Assembly (NCBI RefSeq): GCF_004010195.1
Contig: NC_057752.1
Location: 7,518,728 to 7,556,934, forward strand
DNA: 38,207 bases
Direction of reading: 5' to 3'
DNA from: Chiloscyllium plagiosum
Lineage: Eukaryota
The notes under the pieces are model-generated. The model saw nothing but the letters and a program-made list of their open reading frames with translations, was not told the DNA's origin and did no database searches. Below, piece after piece: positions 1 through 11,519 of this stretch. Within the stretch, counting starts at the first letter, position 1. The number at the start of each line of letters is the position of its first letter. Both the position numbers and the translations under genes were made by a program.

Positions 1-312
1 TTTATTGGTCAGATTATTGAGTACAGGAGTTGGGAGGTCATGTTGCGGCTGTACGGGACATTGGTTAGGCCACTGTTGGAACATTGCATGCAATTCTGGT
101 CTCCTTCCTATCGGAAAGATGTTGTGAAACTTAAAAGGGTTCAGAAAAGATTTACAAAGATGTTGCCAGGGTTGGAGGATTTGAGCTACAGGGAGAGGCT
201 GAACAGGCTGGGGCTGTTTTCCTGGAGCGTCGGAGGCTGAGGGGTGGCCAAAATTATGAGGGGCATGGGTAGGATAAATAGACAAAGTCTTTTTCCTGGG
301 GTGGAGGAGTCC
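1..312 (+). mobile_element. CR1-type LINE ORF2 C-terminal fragment
   Basis: ORF 40..240 LYGTLVRPLLEHCMQFWSP...KRVQKRFTKMLPGLEDLSYRERLNRLGLFS is the typical CR1 post-RT region. Confidence 0.92.
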
Positions 313-1620
313 TGAAAATTCATCAGCTTCAATCCCATCAATTTCTGCAAACCATTTCTTTACTAATACAGATTTGCTTAGATCTTCAATCTCACTAAAC
401 CCTGTGATCCACCATCATTTTTAGTATGCTATCCATGTCCTCCTTTGTGAAGGCAGAAGCAAAGTATGAATTTAGTTTATCGGCCATTTCTTTGTTCCCA
501 TTAAAAAATCCCTGTTGTTGACTGTAAGGGACCTACATTAGTTTTCACCTATCTTTTTCTCTTTACAACTATAGAAACTTTTACAGTCAGTTCTTATGCT
601 CCCAACAAGCCTCCTCTCATACACTATTTTCCTCTTCTTAATCAATTTCTTGGTCCTCTTTTGCTGATGACTAAACTGTTCCCAACTCTCAGATCTATCG
701 TTTTCTCTTGCCAATTTGTATGCCTGTTTTTTCATCTATTACTGTCTTTAACTTCCCTCGTAAGCCATGGTTTAGCCATTGTTCTCTTTGTATTCTTGCG
801 CCAGACAGGAATAAACAATTTTCGTAGTTCACCATTCATTCTTTGAACATTTGCCATTGCTTATTGACTGTCATTCCTTTTAGTAACATTTCTCAATTGA
901 TCATAGCCAACTCATGCCTCATACCATCGTAGTTTCCCGTATGAAGATTCAGGACCCAGTCTCAGAACCAACTATCTCACTCTCCATCTTGATAAAGAAT
1001 TCTATCATATCATGATTGCTCATCCCCAAAAATGTTACCAATTATTCCTTTCTCATTGTATAATATCCAGTCTAAGGTTCTCACATTGGTTCATCACATA
1101 TTCATCCAGAAAGCCATCCCTTATACATTCAAGGAATGTAATGCCTCCATGTCTTCATAATCCCAACTACCCGTTTATATCTATTTATATGATTAATTCA
1201 TTCAATTCATTTCTAATGCTTCATACATTTAGGCAAAAAGCCTTTAGGGTTACATTTTTAATGTTTCTTATTCTGTTCCCATTATTTTTTATTGTGGCCT
1301 TATTTGATCCTGGCCTTTGATTTCTCTGCCTATCACTTCTCTTAGTCCCCTTTCTGTCTTTTGTTCTTGTCTTTGACTCCCCTTTCTTTGACTCCTTACA
1401 TTGATTCCCATCATCCTGCCAATTTATTTTAAACTCTCCCTAACCACTCTAGCAAATACTCCCTGTAGGGCATCAGTCCCAGTCCTGCCTAGGTATAATT
1501 TATCCAGTTTGTACTGGTCCCACCTTCCCCAGAACCAATCCCAATGCCCCAGGAACTTGAAACCTCCCCTTCACACTATCTCATTAGCGACACTTTTATC
1601 CAATATATCCTGCTATTTCT
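313..1620 (-). mobile_element. Decayed CR1 LINE: ORF1 esterase end plus ORF2 endonuclease/linker remnants
   Basis: Minus strand ~1465-1567 reads GFKFLGHWDWFWGRWDQYKLDKLYLGRTGTDALQG (SGNH esterase-type CR1 ORF1 end); ORF 538..735 KKQAYKLAR...KSFY is the CR1 EN-RT linker. Confidence 0.82.
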
Positions 1621-1779
1621 GCTATCTGGGGTGTGTCTCAGAGTGAGCACTATAACTTGTATCCTCTTTGGGATGTATGGAGAGCCTGCTTAACTCTGAT
1701 ATGATAGCCAGTAACTAGTCCTTACAGCTAAAAAAAAAATCAGAAGTGTGACAATTGAAACTGCATAAGGGTATGCTAC

Positions 1780-3900
1780 ATGCTACACATGTTCCCTCAG
1801 AGCTTTTTTATTTCTTTCCCTCCCACTAAATCCTGGTGCTTCCCTGGGGCCTGCAACTATAGTGTAGTGAAGCCTGTTGGCCTGAAAGATTTGCACGGAT
1901 GACTGTGGGGACATTTGTGGCTTGAATGCCCAGACATGATGCAAAAGGCCCGGCAAAGATGCAAGCTCACCCTCAGCTGCAACATCCACAGAGTAGGGGA
2001 TCACAGGCACCTGACACCTCTGGAGTGTCCTGAGAAGCAATTTTTGGAGATCCTATGAGTGGTTCCTCCTCCGTCTTGGTGCATGCGAGCATCACATTGT
2101 CCTCTTGAGAGGAAGGGGAACTAGAGTGAAGTCGAGGTCCCTTGTTCCCCTCTTGCCTTGCCACTGCTGCTGACCAACAATGGCTAAAGCAATTGGGTGT
2201 CGGTCTGCATACATATCCAGTGGTCAGTGAGCATTTTGCTGGACCTGGTATTCCATAGCAGCCACCAACCTGTACATGGAGACAGCCCGATGCATGCTTT
2301 CCAGAGCCAGCATGGTACTGATAGCATTGATAAACTGACAACACTGGATTTTGATCCAGTTTACTGAGTGTCTCTGGCAAACCTGCCTGCTGCATCTGTG
2401 CCTGTCTGTGCATTTTCTACAAAGTCATTATCGGCCGATTGATCATCTTCTGCCTGGACCCGAGCAGCTGCCTAGTCTCTGGCAGCCCTCTGAGTGTTAA
2501 TGCCCTAGGACGTTCTTCCTCAACCAGCTGCGGAGTCATGCCAGTGATGTGCTCACCAGATTGTGTTCCCAAATTTAAGCTGGATAGAGAACCTATGAGG
2601 TGAGAAGATCTGAGCTACTGAATGTTTCGGGTGGATGTTTCTGTGGGATTTTAAAAAAATAATTTAAATCTTTCTTTCATTAGCATTACAATCACTGAAC
2701 CCCTGCTCCCATCCTATTGTCAACATCCTGACAATTGCCATTGACCAGAAACTGAACTAGACCAGACACGTACATTCAGTGACTACAACAGCAGGTAACC
2801 ACCTACTAATATTCAATGCGTAACTTACCTGCCAGCTCCCAAAAGCCTTTCCACCATGTAAAACACAATTCAGGAAAGTTGTAGAAGACTCCCCACTTGC
2901 CTGGATGAGTATAGCTCCAACAACACTCAAGAAGCTTGACACCATCCAGGACAAAGCAGGAGATCCAACCAGCACCTGCCACAATCAGTCCCTCTACCAC
3001 CAGAACACTGTGGCTATACAAGTTACAGTGCAGAAGCAACTCACCAAGGCTTATTCAACATCTCCACCTAAACCTGCAACCTCTACTATCCAGAAGGAAA
3101 ACAGCTCCAGATGCATGGGCACACCACCAGCTGTAGGTTCCCCTCCAAGTCACACACCATCCTGACTTGGGACTATAGATCATTCTTTCACTGTTGCTGG
3201 GTCAAAATTCTGGAACACTTTACTTAGCAGCACGGTGGGAGTATTTTCTGCATAAACGCTATAGCAGCTCAAGGAGGTGGCTCAGCACAACCTTCTAAGG
3301 GACAATTAAGTATGAGAGATGTTGGCCTTGTCAACAATGCTGACATCCCATGAACAAATATAAATAAAACATGTTCAGTTTGGTGTCATGTGAGCTCAAA
3401 CTGCTGCCAGCATGGCTGTAGTGTCTGTGCAAATGAACTTTCAGATTGTCATAGCATTCCAACAAACCATCATCCAGCAGATTATGATGATTTCTGAGGA
3501 ATGACCTGGGGTTTGGAGGAAGTGAATCCGTGGAGCAGAAATCTGATGTCCTTCCACAGCTAAACTGCATTTGTGCTCCAATCTCTGCCAGTTCGTCAGT
3601 GTTAGTGCTGTTGCGTGTCAACCAGACTGCTTGCACTCATCATAAGATGGTACATCTACAGTCTTCTCCACCAGCAGGTAACCATGCTGCAGCTCTTTTC
3701 ACTATCACCAAATCATCTGTGATTCTCCTGAAATGAAAAGCTTACAAGCACTGCCCATCACTGTCCTTGATGGGGAGTGCAACAACAAAAGTGAGGGGAG
3801 GTAGGGAAAGAGGGAGGGGACTAAATTAAAATGCAGTTGGAGGGGGAATAGAATGGCCCACTCACATCTCTCTGAAAGCTTTGATGGCTTTGATGGACAC
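1780..3900 (-). mobile_element. Decayed Harbinger-type Myb/SANT gene remnant (interrupted by a LINE at 2682-3368)
   Basis: Minus-strand 2510-2575 (tctggtgagcacatcactggcatgactccgcagctggttgaggaag) resembles 18606-18651 of the Myb/SANT gene at 17682; splice-like sites near 3730 and 3860; boundaries approximate. Confidence 0.45.
2682..3368 (+). mobile_element. LINE (CR1/L2 group) 3' fragment
   Basis: SPLAWMSIAPTTLKKLDTIQDKA motif (ORF 2905..3165 and upstream); 3' tail catcccatgaacaaatataaataaa shared with the SINEs at 8177 and 12377. Confidence 0.8.
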
Positions 3901-5335
3901 TGTATCTATTTATAATGGGAGAAGCAGATTTGGTGGTGCATTATGAAAAAAAATACAGAAAAGGGGAACAGCTAGGAATGTGTTTGCAGAAGAGAAATGT
4001 TGCTGTGGTCCCATCAATAAACATTGTATAAAGGTGACTGAATCTTACGTCTTTTTGGCTAAGTGTGAGTTTAGTCAAGTTTTTTGGTAGGATTCTCACC
4101 TCGAGGTCCAGCATGATTTTGGGCCATAACGTACCAAATGCACCTTATTAACTACCTCCCCAGCCCTGTGTCATCCCTTGTGTCTGATTCCATCCCTATC
4201 TTTTCACACACCATTCCTAGAATAACTCACAACTCACCTGATATCCGCCAAAAGGCCAGCATCTCTTCCATCTGTGTCATCTTAAAGCAACCCATTGTGC
4301 ACTTGGACAGGCACTGTCGCTCTGGGTTTGCTCTGCACAGTTCCTGATATTTGCCTGGGATATGGTACCACTAACCCTGCACATCCTAAGTGCTGCCTAT
4401 TTGCTTGTTCAGGACATCTCCCCACGTGCACCTAAAATAACAGCTGTACAAACCATTTCCATCTCCCTTAATACGTATCTCTCTCTAATTCCAGGAGGAA
4501 AGCAACCCGCAACAGGGCAAAGACTCAATGTGGTGGTGGGCTGCCCAGCATTTGCCTCCTCATGTTTTCTGAGGAAATTGTACTGACTTCGACTGTCCCA
4601 AGTGGCTGACCCACCATTTTCTGAGCCCTTGGACTGGTATCGAAGGCTACTCTTGACTTACTGTGTTGGGACCCCTAACTGGAGATGAGCTGCATTTGTG
4701 CAAGCAGTAGCAGTATTCAAGATGCTTGATAATTTTTAGAATGAATGTGTCAATAGATCACATACAGTGTCCTGTCAGAAAAGAAAACAAAGAAATGAAA
4801 AGAAAGGGACAGGGAGGTAAAAGAAAAGAAATGGAAAGAAGGAATAGGTAGGGATAAATGAATAATTTAATTATTACTTTGTATTTAGCAAAAGGAAAAG
4901 AAAATAGAAATGGGAAACAAATTATGGAAATATAAAAAAATGTCAAGGTACCTAAAATAATTATTTAAAAATAGTATTTAATGGTCTTACCAAAGAATAT
5001 TTATATTGGCAAATCACTTGCTTTCAAATTAAATTAAAATTTGCCAGGAAATAAACTGGGGATACCTAAAATCCTTAAGAGTATGAAGTGTAACAAGCTT
5101 ACTATCTCTGGAGTGTCAATAGAGGTACTGAGATCCAGTTTGCACTCAGCTCACTCTTAAAAGCGATTCTCAAAAATATACTGTGTGCACTACCTGACCA
5201 CCTCTGCACGCCATTTCCATTGCCGTTGTCTCCTTTTAATCTGAAATACAGGTCCCAGTTGTATAATTCTGTAAGAAAATACTTAACAGTTAAGTTTTTT
5301 TCCCCAAAGCATTGAAGGTGGCAGCAGCTTCATTT

Positions 5336-6061
5336 TGTGACCAACACGGGGTAAACACCTTTGCTAATTTAAACCCGACACATAGAGAAGCTCACCTCGT
5401 GCCATAATATGTTAAATTTCAAAAGGCAAAGAACGATCCCAGAGGTCACTATTTAAAGTAAAAATTAACAACTTTGTTCTTTAAGTCCACCAGAGAATAT
5501 CAAAACCAACAACTATTTACAACTCCTTCCTCTTAAACCTATCTTTTACCTCCCACTCTATAATGCTAGTCTGATAAAAAAAATCCTGATTAAGATTTAC
5601 AAAAAAAAAATCACATTTCAAAACCAGTCAGCTTTGCCAATTCTCCTTTGTAGATTCTCTCCAGGTCGGCCTCGATGTTCTGCTGCATACTCCCCACAGA
5701 CAGGTACCTCTCAGAGAGCTCTTCAGCTAGCAGTTTACATTTGCTGGTCCGTGGCAGTTGCCCGCCTAACTGTTCAAAATGTCCAGTTTTATACCCCAAA
5801 ACATCGGATCGTTTCATTGGTTTTAATATTATCAAAATACTAAATTCAAATTTGATTGGATTTTGGTATCTTGGGGCACAAGTTAAACTGATTAGCCAAA
5901 TTTGAATTCGTTTTTGTTTCATGGCAACCCATCTGCTGCTATTTGTTTCGATCAAGTGTTACATTGTTACTTTGTTCAGGATTCTCTTCGTTACCTTTTT
6001 TAGTCCTTGCTAGCTTTTCAACTCGCTTAAAGGTACAGTACACCTCTACACCTTCATAACA
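5336..6061 (-). mobile_element. Solo LTR (same family as 24329-25016, opposite orientation)
   Basis: TG...CA termini; reverse complement starts tgttatgaaggtgtagaggtgtactgtacctttaag vs tgttatgaagttgaaggcatgtactgtacctttaag at 24329; TSD only approximate (catt(t)/caat). Confidence 0.75.
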
Positions 6062-6627
6062 CAATGAACATATCACCTAATACTTGGGCTTTCTATTATA
6101 CAGTAGGGCAGTAGTACAATTCAAACAGACCCTGAAGAACATTGGAACATCTATGGTCCTCTCCCAAATAGACTTGTTCAAACAATATTAGTTTTTATTA
6201 AAAGGAAACCCAACTTAATTTTATAATTATTTGTGCCATATATGTTACTCACGTGGAAGCACAGAGGAACTTTCAGCACAAAATCTAGTGCATTGTTGGA
6301 CTCACGTGATAGAGAGTAAATTATATTCTGTTTTTCAATTCTCTTCCCTTCTTCCCTGGAGGAAGTGATTCCTGCTGACTTCAAATTTCACAGGTACACA
6401 ACAATTCTTAGGTAGTTTGCCCTAGTAGCCAAACTTTACATATGCACAAGAGAGAGTATCAGTAAGCTATTTGGTAATGGAAGATACTGCACCCAACTCA
6501 GATCCTGCCCCTTATCTAAGATTCACAGATGCAGATTCCAGCATTGGATTAACTATAAAGTTGTCAGAAATTATGAACCCTGGCTGAATTAACAGAGACC
6601 AGTGATCAGATCTGGGACTTCCTAAAT

Positions 6628-6838
6628 AAAAACCCAAAGAACTGCAAATGTTGTAAATCAGAAACAAAAACAGAAGTTGCTGGAAAAGCTCAGCAGGTCT
6701 GGCAGCATCATGAAGGACATCATCCACAGCCAACTGATGAAGGAGCAGCGCTCCGAAAGCTAGTGCTTCCAAATATACCTGTTGGACTATAACTTGGTGT
6801 TGTGTGATTTTTTAACTTGGTGCACCCCAGTCTAACAC
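6628..6838. mobile_element. Two fused short Penelope-derived fragments (6628-6710 minus; ~6725-6838 plus with hammerhead)
   Basis: gttgctggaaaagctcagcaggtctggcagcatc shared with 26178-26280 and 34320-34398; the right part matches the 3' end of the Penelope element at 10010. Confidence 0.75.
6731..6765 (+). ncRNA. Minimal type I hammerhead ribozyme motif (family A)
   Basis: caa-CTGATGA-a-ggagc(agc)gctcc-GAAA-gc-TA-gtg: core boxes, 5-bp stem II, palindromic AGCT stem III, CUA cleavage triplet; stem I imperfect. Confidence 0.75.
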
Positions 6839-7339
6839 GTTGAAATCATTATTATTTATTGTAAGTGTGAGTTACGTGTAATTTTTAAAAAAATAATTAA
6901 ATCTTGCTCTTTGTTGGAAGGAAGCTTTTGACTGGAGCTCTGTCTTGCTTGGAATGACATTTTGGACATCTACCAATAAATATTGTTGAAGAAAATATAC
7001 TGCATTGATAAATTGGGAATCGGCTGCATGATCCAGTGACCTGCTATCGAAAAGTTCCACAGAAATGGTATGGCATATAATTTCTTTGGAAATGTTGTAA
7101 AATGTTATTATGGGTAGAGCAATCCTGAAGAACCATGCAGTAGACAATGAAGAGGAAATGAAGCTGTCAGTGCATTTTAGTTTGTTTCTAAATTGGTTGT
7201 GCAAGCATCATGTAAATGTCATTTTATGAGGATAGAACACCTCGCCTCAAACAATAGAAACCAAGCTGAAGGTGATTTTGTTCACTGCTCTATCTGTTTG
7301 CTTATCATCTTTAATAACTTAAATCGACATTGCACCCAT

Positions 7340-8135
7340 AAACACAGTTAAGCAGCTCAGAGGTGAAGTGAGTGGACATATATTTCACTGATGAACTACA
7401 GTGTAGAGAAATGTAAAATTTTCACATTAGTAGGGGAAAAAGAAAAGTGGGATGTTTTTTAAATAGTGAGAGACTGGGAGGTGTTAAATTTCAAAGGGAC
7501 TTTGGTGTCACTGAGAGACAACGTGCAGGTGCAGTCAGCAAATGGTATGTTGGTCTTTATTCCAAGAAGATTTGAGTATGTTAGTAAAGATGTTTTATTG
7601 CTATTGTATAGACTCTTTGTGAGACCACACCTGGAGTATTGTATGCAGTTTTGGTCTCCTTACCTCAGGAAAGATATGCAAAGGTTCACCTAACCAGTAC
7701 CGGGATGCAAAGATCGTCCTGTGGGGAAAGATTAACTGAACTGGATGAGAAGAATGACAGGTGATCTCATTCAAACATGCAAAATTCTTAAAGGATGTTC
7801 TGTGTTCCGTGTGTGAATTGACAGCATAGATGCAGGAGGAATATTTCCCTTGACTGTGAAATCTAACACCGGGGACACAGTCTCAGGCTCAGGGGCAGGA
7901 CATTTAGGACTGAGCTGAAGAGAAGTTTCTTCACTCAGAGGTTGATCACTGTGGAGGCTCAGTTGTTGAGTATGTTCAAGATGGAGACTTATAGATTTCC
8001 ACATGTTAAAAACATCAAGGGATACGCAGATAGTGCAGGAAAATGGTGTTGAAGTAGAAAATCAGCAATTTTCTCATTGAATGACAGAGCAGGCTTGAAA
8101 AGCTGAATGGCCCTCGACTGCACCCACTTCTTACA
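7340..8135 (+). mobile_element. Decayed CR1 LINE 3' portion
   Basis: ORF 7466..7693 LYRLFVRPHLEYCMQFWSPYLRKD; CR1 3' UTR-like end gctgaatggccc...cccacttctta. Confidence 0.85.
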
Positions 8136-8176
8136 ATTAAAAAAATGGATCTCGGTTTTGAAGTTTTCAATTGAGG

Positions 8177-8497
8177 GGGAGGCAATAGCCTAATGGAATT
8201 ATCACTGGTCTGTTAATTCAGTGACCCAAGTAATGTTCTGGCACCCAGGCTTGAATCATGCCATGGCTGATGGTGGAATTTGAATTCAATAAATATCTAG
8301 ATGTAATCCATTGACGATTGTGAGGAAAGAAAACGATCTGGCTCACTAATGTCCTTTAGGGAAGGAAACTGGCCTACATGTGACTCCAGACTGACAGCAA
8401 TGTGGTTGACTCTTAACTGCCCACTGGGCAATTAGGGTTGGGCAATAAATGCAATGCCCAGAAATGCCCTCATCCCATGAATGAATTATTAAAAAAT
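8177..8497 (+). mobile_element. tRNA-derived SINE with LINE-derived tail
   Basis: A-box-like tagcctaatgg and B-box-like ggcttgaatca; tail gggcaattagggttgggcaataaatgc...catcccatgaatgaat followed by an A-run. Confidence 0.75.
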
Positions 8498-9381
8498 TGA
8501 CTATCAGTCTCAACAGCCTTTTCGGGAGACAGTTCCAGATTTCCACTATCCTTTGTCCAAAGAAAACCCATTCACTAAATAGAAGATCCTTTCCAGCCTC
8601 ATTAAAAGTTATTGAATCATACGGCATAGAAACAGACTCTTTGAAGCCAAGTATTTTCATTTCAGACTCTGGCAAACAATGCACAGCTCTAATTTATTCG
8701 TGTTATGTGAAGAGTGCCTTTCCCTTTTAGTTCTTGCTCTGGTGTCTGGCGTGACTATTCTCCCACACACACAGTAGGAGTATTTATTTGCTTGTCAGGA
8801 TTTTCTGCTTAAGCCATTCTCCCGACATTGCTTCTGACAGAGGCTTGCTCCTGATATGAAACGACGGCTGAGGCAATGGAGGGGAATCAATAACTCTGAC
8901 CTTAATGCCAGTTGCAGAGCTCTGATGCAAAACCAGTTTGCTTAAAGTGAGAAAAAAAATTATTTGCTGCAATTAATTTTAAATTCTGACAGCCAGACTG
9001 TCGAGGTGCGAAGAAAAATGGTACTTTACCGTGAATTATACTTGAGCTCTGTATCTGACAAATGTCTCTGAGACTCGATTAAATGACTTTGTGGTTTTTC
9101 AGGTGTGTCTCAATAAATAAATTGGTTAGAAGGTCAGCCCCAATATATTGTATTGATAATCATACTGTTGAGCTTTACTAGTCCTGCAGAGAAGCTTCAG
9201 GTTCCAATAGTAAACACCCTGACTGACTTGCAAACAGTGGACCTGGTGAGAGACTGGGAGATGTTAAATTTCAAAGGGACTTTGGTGTCACTGAAAGATA
9301 ACATGCAGGTGCAGCAAGCAATTAGGAAGGCAAATGTTATGTGCCAGTTAGTTCCAAAATTCTCCATACTCCTAGATATTG

Positions 9382-9545
9382 ACATGACATCAGGTTATAG
9401 TCTAACATCAGGTTATAGTGAACCTGACGAAGGGGCAGTGCTCAGAAAGCTTGTGATTTCAAATACATTTGTTAGATTATAACCTGGTGTCATGTGACTT
9501 CTGACCTTGCCCACCCCAGTCCAACACTGGCACCTCCACATCATG
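9382..9545 (+). mobile_element. Short Penelope-derived element (family A) with degenerate hammerhead and an inverted 5' segment
   Basis: CTGACGA-aggggcagtgctca-GAAA-gctt at 9424-9452; downstream sequence matches 6765-6838; 9382-9407 is an inverted copy of 9470-9495. Confidence 0.75.
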
Positions 9546-10065
9546 ACCACACTTTTTTGTGCTGTGTTTCACTTTGGATACTCCATGATCTACTCTATTA
9601 AGCTCTATCACAATGATTTGTTAATGCACATGGATGTCTTGCTGTTTCTTCACTATTTGGTCAAATTGCACTGTGGCACTTGGAGCAGTGTTATATGTAT
9701 GAAGGTGATGTGAAGCTTACGAATGTCAGATATGAGTCCTCATTGATAGAAATCATTGCCAGGCGAGTGATGAGGATGCGCTGAATGGTGCAGTATCTGT
9801 GGCTAGTAATGCAGCTATTAGAATATGGTACATTAAGGTGCATTCACTGCCCTTGGACACACATGTATAGTTATTGAACTTCTTGTGGCCCGACATCCAA
9901 GTTTTCAGGGCTTGACCGCCGAGAGTTGACCTCCATGCTATCTGCTCCCATTGCTTCCTGACCATTTGTTTGGAGGGCTTCTGCAACTGGGGACATCACT
10001 TCTCCTTTTCACCAAGTTAAAAATCTCACAATATCAGGTGATAGTCCAACAGGTCTATTTGGAAG

Positions 10066-10100
10066 CACTAGCTTTCGAAGTGCTGCTTCTTCATCAGATG
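10066..10100 (-). ncRNA. Minimal type I hammerhead ribozyme motif (family A)
   Basis: Reverse complement: cat-CTGATGA-a-gaag(cagca)cttc-GAAA-gc-TA-gtg; stem I cat/gtg, 4-bp stem II. Confidence 0.8.
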
Positions 10101-10504
10101 GTTGTGGAGCAGCATCATAAGACACAGACTTTATAGCAACAGGATTGCAACGTAATATTAAACAAATTTAGCTTAAGTCTTTCATCTTTTAGAATGACCA
10201 TGTTAGTTGTGGTTCCTTCATATGTAATCTCAGAACTTCTTTAAAGTTACGTTCTCAAGATAGTTTTTAACAATAGATGTCATCTCAGCTCAGATAACGC
10301 ATTGAAGGTATGAAGTTAAAGTCTGTCTTGTGTCCCAATGTTAGGTCAGACTGATTCTACTTCTAAAGTGGGAGTTACAGAATCTTGCATGGGTTTATGC
10401 AGTTTTTGAGCAAAAGAAAACGTAATTCTGTAAGTACAAATTCACCCACAAGCTTTTATGTGGGCATGTGTGTGCAGGGGAGACCAAGTGAGAGTGTGTA
10501 TTGG

Positions 10505-10588
10505 GTTGGGATATCTGGTCAGCATGGACAGGTTCGATCGAAGGGTCTGTTTCCATGCTGTACATCTCTATGACTCCATGACTCTATG
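10505..10588 (+). mobile_element. CR1/HE1-type 3' tail fragment nested in the Penelope UTR
   Basis: ggtcagcatggacaggttcgatcgaagggtctgtttccatgctgtacatctctatgactccatgactctatg with 8-mer tail repeats. Confidence 0.75.
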
Positions 10589-11151
10589 TGGGTGTGTGTA
10601 TGGGGGTGTGAGTGTCTGTGAGAGAGTGTGTGTCTGTGAGTGTAGTGGGGTATTCATCTGTGAGAGGTTGCATGTGTAGGTGTGAGTGTGGGGGGTGTGC
10701 GCGCATTTGCGAAAGGGTGTGTGTACATAAGAAAGGTAGAGAGAGTGTGTATAGTACAGTGGGGCACCTGTAGTGTGACATGAACCTAAGGTCCCGGTTG
10801 AGACCATCCCCATGGCTACCGAATTTGACTATCAGCCTCTGCTCGGCCACTTTGCGTTGTTGCCTGTCCCGAAGTCCGCCTTGGAGAATGGTCATCCAAA
10901 GGTCCAAGGCCGAATGTCCCAGACTGCTGAAGTGTTCCCCGACTGGGAGGGAACACTCCTGTCTGGTGATTTTGTGCGGTGTCCATTCATCTGTTGCCAT
11001 AGCTTCTGCTCGGTCTGATGGCCAATGTACCATGCCTCAGGGGTCTCAAATGCAATTTCGGAAAACCTTGGAGCCTTCAAAGTTTGTGCGAAGATTTGTA
11101 GCTCGGGTGCTTGTTGTTGTGGTTCTGTTCGCCGAGCTGGAAGTTTTTGTT

Positions 11152-11191
11152 GCAAACGTTTCGTCCCCTGGCTAGGCGACATCATCAGTGC
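11152..11191 (-). ncRNA. Minimal type I hammerhead ribozyme (family B, left arm)
   Basis: Exact reverse complement of 11480-11519. Confidence 0.82.
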
Positions 11192-11479
11192 TTGGGAGCC
11201 TCCTGCGAAGCGCTTCTTTGATGTTTCCTCCGGTGTTTATAGTGGTCTGTCCCTGCCGCTTCCGGTTGTCAGTTTCAGCTGTCCGCTGTAGTGGTTGGTA
11301 TATTGGGTCCAGGTCGATGTGTTTGTTGATGGAGTTGATGGTCAACAAACACATCGACCTGGACCCAATATACCAACCACTACAGCGGACAGCTGAAACT
11401 GACAACCGGAAGCAGCAGGGACAGACCACTATAAACACCGGAGGAAACATCAAAGAAGCGCTTCGCAGGAGGCTCCCAA

Positions 11480-11519
11480 GCACTGATGATGTCGCCTAGC
11501 CAGGGGACGAAACGTTTGC
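11480..11519 (+). ncRNA. Minimal type I hammerhead ribozyme (family B, right arm)
   Basis: gca-CTGATGA-t-gtcgcct(agcc)aggggac-GAAA-cg-TT-tgc: stem I gca/tgc, stem II with one mismatch, palindromic AACGTT stem III, GUU triplet. Confidence 0.82.

Larger units (their letters stand above)
10010..11043 (-). mobile_element. Penelope-like retroelement 3' part: GIY-YIG endonuclease C-terminus, CA-rich 3' UTR and terminal hammerhead
   Basis: Frameshifted PEAWYIGHQTEQKLWQQMNGHR / ITRQECSLPVGEHFSSLGHS..LQGGLRD..AEQRLIVKFGSHGDGLNRDLRFMSHY (ORFs 10892..11185 and 10584..11033). Confidence 0.9.

Noticed and set aside
10586..10755. GT-rich microsatellite and Thr/His-rich ORFs
   Set aside because: Low-complexity 3' UTR of the Penelope element
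11172..11499. Pair of nearly identical 103-aa ORFs on opposite strands
   Set aside because: Automatic consequence of the palindrome; not genes
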